Shown piece after piece: positions 36,575 to 43,016 of a stretch of 43,016 nt of DNA (position 1 is its first letter; each line of letters begins with the position of its first letter). The notes under the pieces were generated by a model, which saw only the letters and a list, made by a program, of their open reading frames with translations, was not told the origin of the DNA and made no database searches. This DNA is from Candidatus Thorarchaeota archaeon (GTDB taxonomy: Archaea > Asgardarchaeota > Thorarchaeia > Thorarchaeales > Thorarchaeaceae), in contig JAEORO010000011.1 in the NCBI GenBank assembly GCA_016840855.1, positions 1 to 43,016 of the forward strand, in the 5' to 3' direction. The translations under genes were made by a program, and so were the position numbers.

Positions 36575-38350
36575 CTAGTCTTGCTTTTTGTCATCTTCCA
36601 TTGTGTCAAGTAATCTTTCAAGTTCAGCGAGGGTTTCACCATTCAGTGGAAGAACTTTATCTTCTTCCTCTTCAGCCACATCCTTCGATGCAGTCCCAGT
36701 TCCACCAACTGAACGGTCCAAAGGACCCAAGATAGTTTCAAGCTCTTCAAGCGATTCAGCATCAATATCCTCTCTAGCTAGAGGCTCGTCATTAATTGGA
36801 ATAGCTTCATCACTCCCAATAGCCTGAAGTGCTGTGTCAATCTCTTCATGTGATGCTTGTTCTATTTCTGTTGCTATGATATCATCAAAGTCATCTGCTT
36901 CAAGGGCTTCAAAGATAATGTCTTTTGCCATCTTCATTGCGTCGGTGTTCTTTTCAACAGCCAGTTCAGGAACATAATCTTCAATAGACAAATCAACTGT
37001 TTCAGGTTCAGATTCCATCGGTGAGGATTCAGGTTCAATTGATACCATTATTTCTTCTGCATATTCAGGTTCAACCAAGACTTCTTCTTTAGGTTCTGTG
37101 GAGATTTCAGGTTCAGGTATGAAATCAGCTTCTATTTGGATATCTACGTTTCCTGGAACCTCAGCAGATTCAGTTGTTGGTATTTCAAACGACTCCGAGC
37201 TGTCAATCTGTGTATCGACTTCTAGCATTTCTACAGGTGATTCAACAACTTCTCCAAGAATCTCTTCTTCTTCTTCTTCAATAATCTCATATTCGTCGAG
37301 ATTCTCAATCACATGGCCCTCTTCATCGACAAATACCTCTTCGATGATTTCCACTGTTTCGTATTCCTCTTCCTCAACCTCTCCTTCTTCGCTAGCGATG
37401 GTGGCCTCTTCAATTTCAACCACTTCATCTCCAACTCCAGCTATTGCCTCCTCTGTAGCCACATCAGTGAATTTCAGTAGCTCCGATGCAGGTAGGTCTG
37501 GAAGAGCGACCCCAACATATTGGGCTGCTGCAGTCATTAGGATTCGTAGCATCTCATCTCGACGGTCCTTATCAATGGCAACCATTGGAAAGGTGGGAAT
37601 ACCTAGTATCTTTTGAACAACTTCAGGTTTCATTGCATTTGGCTTATCCTGCTTATTTGCCATAGCAAATACTGGAACCTTCGGAGCATCTCTTTTGATT
37701 AGCTTAAGGATATCCTTGCTAATAATCACATTTCTCAGTGTTGAATCGCAAACTAAGAAAATGACATCAGCTCCATGGAAATAAAATCGCCATAAGGTTC
37801 GAAAGCGTTCCTGACCAGCAAAATCCCATAGAACAAGTGAGTAGTTACCAAATCGTATGTTTTCAACTGTTTCAAGATTCAAAGCTATCGTTGGAACATA
37901 TTGGAGAGGTGGAGTATCTCCTAGAAGTAGGTGTAAGGTAGTTGTTTTTCCAACACCACCTTCTCCCACAAGTGCAATCTTAAGTCGAGTAGTGATGGAT
38001 GGTTCTATTAGTGCAGTGTATTTGTTGATTGCACCCTCAATACCTTCCTTTTTGAAATATGCTCTAAGTGCTTTCAATGCCACATCGAGTTTTTCAAAAA
38101 TACTCGCTTCATCCTCACCTTTGTCAGTCACAAAGACAAGAACAGAGTCTTCAATCCAATCTTTGCCAAGAAACTTGTGATCTCCAATTATTAATGGTAG
38201 TTCTGAAACTTGACCATGTTCTGTCCTTAACTCCTCTCTAGTAGAGATGAACTCATATAACGCCTCTTCTTTCACTTCGACTGGCCAATATTGAGTTCTG
38301 GCTATTATTTGCCGGGTGGAAATGCGGACAAGGAAGGTATTGTGAATCAC
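36575..38350 (-). CDS. Longin-like domain plus Arf-like small GTPase plus long acidic tail
   Basis: GEGGVGKTT, PTIALNLETV, WDFAGQERFRTLWRFYF, NKQD; GTG 38350 behind GGTGAT; C-terminal half is E/D-rich. Confidence 0.85.
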   Translation of the reverse strand: MIHNTFLVRISTRQIIARTQYWPVEVKEEALYEFISTREELRTEHGQVSELPLIIGDHKFLGKDWIEDSVLVFVTDKGEDEASIFEKLDVALKALRAYFKKEGIEGAINKYTALIEPSITTRLKIALVGEGGVGKTTTLHLLLGDTPPLQYVPTIALNLETVENIRFGNYSLVLWDFAGQERFRTLWRFYFHGADVIFLVCDSTLRNVIISKDILKLIKRDAPKVPVFAMANKQDKPNAMKPEVVQKILGIPTFPMVAIDKDRRDEMLRILMTAAAQYVGVALPDLPASELLKFTDVATEEAIAGVGDEVVEIEEATIASEEGEVEEEEYETVEIIEEVFVDEEGHVIENLDEYEIIEEEEEEILGEVVESPVEMLEVDTQIDSSESFEIPTTESAEVPGNVDIQIEADFIPEPEISTEPKEEVLVEPEYAEEIMVSIEPESSPMESEPETVDLSIEDYVPELAVEKNTDAMKMAKDIIFEALEADDFDDIIATEIEQASHEEIDTALQAIGSDEAIPINDEPLAREDIDAESLEELETILGPLDRSVGGTGTASKDVAEEEEDKVLPLNGETLAELERLLDTMEDDKKQD

Positions 38351-38489
38351 TTCAGTATCACCAAGTTCTATCAAACCTAGGGGATGTTTGCTGAGTCCTT
38401 TTTGGGATTAAGATAATCCTTTAGGTATAGATTAAGCTGTGCTGTGTGTATATTTTGATATTCTGTGTATCTATTGGAGAGGATTAAAG

Positions 38490-38722
38490 GAAAAATGTTG
38501 GAGCGGGGGTCCGCCAAGGCGAACCTTCCGCATCCGTGGAGCTCTTCCTAACAGGATGCATGGAAAAATCAAATTACATGCGCAAGACTTGCCCAAGAAG
38601 GGCAAATAGGGACCTAGAACTCACTTTGGGACCGTGTTTGCTGCGAGTTCCTTGTTTCTTTCGAAACATGACGGGGGAAGTCCATGCAACCCTGTCATGA
38701 AGATTCACCAGCCCGGAGGGCA
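38490..38722 (-). ncRNA. Candidate ~230-nt multi-stem ncRNA (unassigned)
   Basis: At least six hairpins, a C-GAAA-G tetraloop, an 8-bp long-range pairing, a terminal hairpin plus U-tract; GC-rich island in an AT-rich gap with no credible ORF. Confidence 0.6.
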
Positions 38723-38912
38723 AAATACCATATGAAGCTTTCTAGGTTTTGAAAAACGAAATTAGATTCGATTTTCACTGAAATTATCGCAAAAATCTAC
38801 AGATGTCATCTTAGGATATCGCACAGGTAGTAATTGAGATATTCCACCACAATAGTACATTGTATACACACTAAGAAACCACTATTTGAAATGGGATAAT
38901 AGGCGCTTTCAT

Positions 38913-40052
38913 TTATCGAGGGAAGTTATCCCTAAGTAAACGCAGATGATGATGGACCATCTCCATCTGTTTAGGATCATCAGGAGTCTTCTCAAGATCA
39001 GTAACTAGAGTTTGTAGGAAATACTCCGGGAAGAAGAGTCTGACGCGAATATCATTTAATAAGAACAACCATTTGTCATACTCTCCAGAAGCACCTTTCC
39101 GTCTCTTCTCAGATATTATCCTGAATTTCTTAAGGGTCTGAATGGCAGACTTCAATTCCTTAGGTGGGATGGCCAAAGTTGCTTCTAGTTCTGAAATGTT
39201 GACCGGCCTTCTTCTTAGCTCACTAAGTGTGTCATAGCAGTCTGGATCAGCTAGCACCTGGGCTACAGACACAGTGTCCTCGGGAGTCTTTTGCCATTCA
39301 GTCAGGAACTCTAAGACCTCAGATTTGTATTCAGCAGCAAGCTCAGGATCCAGAACACTACTAGCTGATTCCATAGCTAATAGTGGAGGAGCTCGAAAAA
39401 CCTCAAGGTCTTTAATCATGAAGACGCATGTTCTACCAATCTCGTCAACCCACTCGGTTTTCACAAGACCTAGCTCCTCAAAAGGAGCAATGACCGAATC
39501 AACACTTACACTTGGTAATCCAGTGACCATCTTGAGCCATTCTTCAAGTTCTTCCTTAGAGATACCTCCTTTCCAGAGTTTGGGGAAAACAGCTCGTGAA
39601 ACCTCATCTGAGAATAGCCGAGCAAGACGTGACTCATCAGTCATTCCTGCTAGCCGGATGATTCTGCGATAAGTATTATCGAGTTCTGTCTGCAGTTCAG
39701 CATCTGTCATAGCAACTACTGCATTTGTAAGAGGGGTTACCACTGAAGTGATTGCAGCTTCGTATGTCTTTGGATCCTCTGATGGGGTGAGGAGTAACGA
39801 TACACAGTACTGCTCCTCTTCCCGAACGACTCCAGTATAGTATGAAGCTACGCCATACTCTTCGCCTCCAATCCTAACACTTAGTGATGAGAATCCAGCA
39901 GTAGCATCTCCCATGGCATGTGATGTGAAGATACGCATGATCTCAGTGTTTAGATCTTCTCTGTAATAGTCTGCAAAATCCGCAGGAACCTTTGCCTTTA
40001 AGACAGCCCCTATCTTTGAGTCCCAATCTATAAGTAGCATCGCGACTGGCAT
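38913..40052 (-). CDS. uDENN/NPRL2-like longin protein with C-terminal winged-helix-like repeats
   Basis: N-terminal LIDWDSKIGAVLKAKVP longin-like strand pattern; two wHTH-like segments (PFEELGLV, QTLKKFRII); ATG 40052 behind GGAG. Confidence 0.6.
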   Translation of the reverse strand: MPVAMLLIDWDSKIGAVLKAKVPADFADYYREDLNTEIMRIFTSHAMGDATAGFSSLSVRIGGEEYGVASYYTGVVREEEQYCVSLLLTPSEDPKTYEAAITSVVTPLTNAVVAMTDAELQTELDNTYRRIIRLAGMTDESRLARLFSDEVSRAVFPKLWKGGISKEELEEWLKMVTGLPSVSVDSVIAPFEELGLVKTEWVDEIGRTCVFMIKDLEVFRAPPLLAMESASSVLDPELAAEYKSEVLEFLTEWQKTPEDTVSVAQVLADPDCYDTLSELRRRPVNISELEATLAIPPKELKSAIQTLKKFRIISEKRRKGASGEYDKWLFLLNDIRVRLFFPEYFLQTLVTDLEKTPDDPKQMEMVHHHLRLLRDNFPR

Positions 40053-40215
40053 TTTACTTCTCTCCAAGTCCCTAGAGCTAAGCGAGTGTAAAGTTGAATT
40101 AACTAACGTTGCAGGGCGCCAGCCTAAAAAACCTTGTCTTATTTGGGCTCGACTATAAGAAATATCGAACTGTTCAGCGCTTTTTAGATAGGTTGTTTAT
40201 AATTCAAAAAAACCT

Positions 40216-40863
40216 CTATTCACTCATTATTATTGTATCAGTAATGATGTCATAGATTTCGTCCACGACTTGGTCGAGAGGATTCTTCGCATCGATTATT
40301 TTGAAGTTGCCTGTATCATTCATAGCGATGTCAAGATACGCCTGACGGACTTTAATAAGGCGGTCAAGTCTTTCAAACTGGAGGTTAGCTATTCCTGTTC
40401 GCCCAGTGGCACGAGCTAAACCCATCTCAGCTGGGACATCAAGTATGAAGATGATATCTGGTTCCGGAGCTGAGATGTCCTCGCGATTCCTTCGAAGAAT
40501 TTCTTTCCAATGCAAGTTCATTACTGTTGATTGATATGCACCAGTTGCGAAGAAGTACCTATCCAAAAGAACTACTCTTCCATCTTCGAGCGCGGGTCTG
40601 ATTCGGTTAACAACATGCCACTCTCGATCCTTGATAAAGAGCTCAAGTTCTTCCTCCGGTGTGAGTTCTCCTCGTGGAGACCTCTCTCTCATCTCTTTCC
40701 CCCATGGACTCTCGGTTGTAGGTTCTCGAAGATAGGTTACATCATAACCAACTGACTCTAGTTTCTTTTCTAATTCTTTGCATGCTGAGGTCTTTCCTGA
40801 ACCATCTATTCCCTCAAGAACAAAGAGAAAGCCATTGTATTGTTTTTGAGTCCTTTGCGTCAA
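40216..40863 (-). CDS. tmk: Thymidylate kinase
   Basis: EGIDGSGKTS, REP, LFIKDR, DRY, AYQ, PDI motifs. Confidence 0.93.
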   Translation of the reverse strand: MTQRTQKQYNGFLFVLEGIDGSGKTSACKELEKKLESVGYDVTYLREPTTESPWGKEMRERSPRGELTPEEELELFIKDREWHVVNRIRPALEDGRVVLLDRYFFATGAYQSTVMNLHWKEILRRNREDISAPEPDIIFILDVPAEMGLARATGRTGIANLQFERLDRLIKVRQAYLDIAMNDTGNFKIIDAKNPLDQVVDEIYDIITDTIIMSE

Positions 40864-40963
40864 GTAGGAGTTCTCCTAATGCACGAACATGATTTCTCAA
40901 ACTCGTTCTTGTATTAGATGCTTCGGTCAGTCAAAAAAAGGAAACCTTAAATGATGCAGATTG

Positions 40964-40985
40964 TAGGATAGGTTAACCTATCCTA
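40964..40985. promoter_or_regulatory. 22-bp perfect palindrome, DtxR/IdeR-like operator
   Basis: TAGGATAGGTTAACCTATCCTA, 11 nt downstream of TATA-like CCTTAAAT (40945-40952). Confidence 0.6.
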
Positions 40986-40989
40986 GGGC

Positions 40990-41493
40990 GTGGGAATTCT
41001 GCAAGTTGGAAGATGCGGTCTATCAGTTGTAATGTTACTAACAGTAGCAATCATTCTTTCCATCCCCTTAGCAGTGTCCAGCAGCTCAGAAGCAGTTACT
41101 GCAGCTGAGAGTGTCACTCTCACGATAGACTTTGGAAATGGAACATATAGAGAATACTACAATCTCAATGGCTCAACAGTTTTGGAAGTGACATCTTCGG
41201 TACTTGAAATCGATGTTCAATGGTTTGGTTCTCTTGCATACATTAAAGGCATTGAGGGGCGGATTGGCGAGGGAGAGTATGGTTGGCAATATTGGGTCAA
41301 TGGTGAGTTTGCATCAATAGCAGTGAATCTCTATTCTCTTGAAAATAGGGACATAGTGTCTTGGGTATTTTCATCTCCAACTCCAAGGACTCTAAGCGAC
41401 CCCACATTCATTCCAGGATTGACCATAATCTTGGTGTCTGGTTTCGGTTTCATCGCAATAGTATATGTACAAACCCAAAGGAGGATACGATGA
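40990..41493 (+). CDS. DUF4430 (transcobalamin C-terminal-like) membrane-anchored protein
   Basis: Signal-like N-terminus, IDFGNG, YIKGIEG, WQYWVNGE, C-terminal TM. Confidence 0.8.
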   Translation: MGILQVGRCGLSVVMLLTVAIILSIPLAVSSSSEAVTAAESVTLTIDFGNGTYREYYNLNGSTVLEVTSSVLEIDVQWFGSLAYIKGIEGRIGEGEYGWQYWVNGEFASIAVNLYSLENRDIVSWVFSSPTPRTLSDPTFIPGLTIILVSGFGFIAIVYVQTQRRIR

Positions 41494-41494
41494 A

Positions 41495-42238
41495 TTGGTA
41501 ACAAAAAATTTCTCACTTCTCGCTATCTTTTTCACCATAGTGTTGACATTTACACCATTGGTTTCTGGATATAGTTCAAATATTATAATTGGCTCTACAA
41601 TAGAGTGGCGAGTGGAAGTAGCTCCAAATGATGCTTTCAATATGTATTATTCAGAAGGTGGACTTTGGGTTGCTGAAAATGGGAGTTCTATGACATTTAG
41701 CATTCAAAGTATTGGGGAAGATATCGTTGGAAGACTAACTATCGGAAATATTTCAGTGATTGCTAATGATACAGATATAGCCAAAGATCTAACTTTAGGC
41801 GTATGGGGCACGCCTACTGAATGGTGGCCTGGATTAATTGTTGATGTTGAAGAAAATAGTATTGAAGATCTTAATGAAACTGCATATGCCTCAGTAGAGC
41901 GAATATCAGGCAACTACTTGAATGGGACAATGACATCACGCTACGAAAACATCTCAGTTGGTAATACTCTCGTAGAATGTATCGTATTTGATTTTGAACA
42001 AGATCCTACTGGGTTTGGCGAGCCACAAGTGACCCATTTAGCCTATTCTTTAGCCAGTGGGGTGCTCATAGAAGCAAGAACCAGCTACTCATTTGGTGTC
42101 CCATATAATCTTGAGATAAGCATCATGTCACTGGGACTTCCAACAGATGATGGCTATTATTACTTGAGCCTGATAATACTCCTAGGATTGATTCTCGCAG
42201 TGGTAGTACTCGTATACATTTTTATCAGTAGACGATAA
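41495..42238 (+). CDS. Exported membrane-anchored hypothetical protein
   Basis: Signal peptide and C-terminal TM plus RR; likely TTG start at 41495 behind GGAGG. Confidence 0.75.
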   Translation: MVTKNFSLLAIFFTIVLTFTPLVSGYSSNIIIGSTIEWRVEVAPNDAFNMYYSEGGLWVAENGSSMTFSIQSIGEDIVGRLTIGNISVIANDTDIAKDLTLGVWGTPTEWWPGLIVDVEENSIEDLNETAYASVERISGNYLNGTMTSRYENISVGNTLVECIVFDFEQDPTGFGEPQVTHLAYSLASGVLIEARTSYSFGVPYNLEISIMSLGLPTDDGYYYLSLIILLGLILAVVVLVYIFISRR

Positions 42239-42257
42239 GGAAAGAAGGCATGCAGAT

Positions 42258-42860
42258 ATGGAAACCCAATGGTCTAGTAGAGCGATGAGAGGAAGTAGAT
42301 GGATTTCCATTACTGCAATTATGACCGCTTTAGCGTTGGTTGGTAATTATGTATTAGTTGCCATTCCCAATTTGGAGTTGGGATCCACAGTCTTGTTTGT
42401 GACTGCATATATCTTTGGAGCGCCCATGGCAATCTGGTCAACGCTCATAATGTCGATAGTTTTTGGAGTCATCAATCCTTGGGGAGGTTTCATCCCACAG
42501 ATTTGGGCATCACAAGTCATCGGTTGGTTTTACATTATTACAGTTGGATCAATAATGGCGAAGGAGGGAGCTGAAGGAAAACGACTAAATCCTTCAAAAT
42601 GGGAATTGGCAATAACAGGAGCCTTTGTTACATTAATTTTTGACCAGATTACTAATGTAGGTTATTCTGTAACATTTGGAGTACCATTTCTAATTGCAGT
42701 AATCGCAGCAATACCATTTACGATTCTACATGTTATTTCTAATGGAGTGATTTTTTCACAAGTTGTACCAGTATTAGATAAAACACTGAGGAAGCAGCTC
42801 AAAGACCTTATCTGGAGTCCTGAATCAAAAGGAACGGTCGAGATGTTGGAGAGTGTATAG
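42258..42860 (+). CDS. ECF transporter S component (CbrT-like)
   Basis: AIMTALA...IPNLE...FG, QVIGW, FDQITN, HVISN; about 6 TM helices. Confidence 0.8.
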   Translation: METQWSSRAMRGSRWISITAIMTALALVGNYVLVAIPNLELGSTVLFVTAYIFGAPMAIWSTLIMSIVFGVINPWGGFIPQIWASQVIGWFYIITVGSIMAKEGAEGKRLNPSKWELAITGAFVTLIFDQITNVGYSVTFGVPFLIAVIAAIPFTILHVISNGVIFSQVVPVLDKTLRKQLKDLIWSPESKGTVEMLESV

Positions 42861-42861
42861 A

Positions 42862-43016
42862 ATGACATGGAAGACTGAGTTCATCAGACTCTCTGAACCC
42901 GCAGAAGGGCGAGTTGCTCCATCCTTCAAACCGCATCATGCAGCGGTTGGACTTATTATGATTGGGAGGGAACAACCTCTTGGCAGGTATGAACTCTGCG
43001 AAAAAATGTCAATTGG
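42862..43016 (+). CDS. 5' part of a winged-helix protein (DUF4443-like), truncated by the window end
   Basis: MTWKTEFIRLSEPAEGRVAPSFKPHHAAVGLIMIGREQPLGRYELCEKMSI...; open to the window end. Confidence 0.6.
   Translation, partial: MTWKTEFIRLSEPAEGRVAPSFKPHHAAVGLIMIGREQPLGRYELCEKMSI

Noticed and set aside
37098-37616. Ser-rich plus-strand ORF and the other short antisense or overlapping ORFs in the track
   Set aside because: Shadows of real genes; antisense Glu codons give Ser/Phe runs
38490-38722. SRP RNA or RNase P RNA identity
   Set aside because: CAGCCCGGAGGGCA and GGGGAAGUCC only loosely resemble SRP helix 8 and RNase P CR-I; no Alu domain or P4/CR-V partner found
1-43016. CRISPR array, transposase, integrase or provirus
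   Set aside because: No spaced direct repeats, terminal inverted repeats or mobility genes seen, including next to the tRNA

Overview
Gene-dense archaeal chromosomal region, most likely from an Asgard archaeon (Thorarchaeia-like). The evidence is three small GTPases with Roadblock, longin and NPRL2/uDENN-like partners, a divergent stand-alone EF-2 paralog, and a selenocysteine-containing SelD with a eukaryote-type SECIS. Housekeeping content includes TldD/PmbA, tetraether lipid synthase (Tes), IleRS, the archaeal CoA operon (PoK-PPS-PanE-CoaBC), RtcB, SSB, Tmk, an intron-containing tRNA-Gln(CUG) and a probable corrinoid/metal uptake operon behind a DtxR-like operator. No mobile element, CRISPR array or rRNA was seen. 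The most unusual signals are non-coding: (i) the selD UGA stop codon is itself the core of its SECIS; (ii) several intergenic gaps hold unassigned, highly base-paired and pseudoknotted RNA candidates (about 4.9, 15.2, 17.1 and 38.6 kb, plus a cloverleaf ileS leader). All RNA structures were folded by eye and all protein calls come from motif recognition, without database searches.
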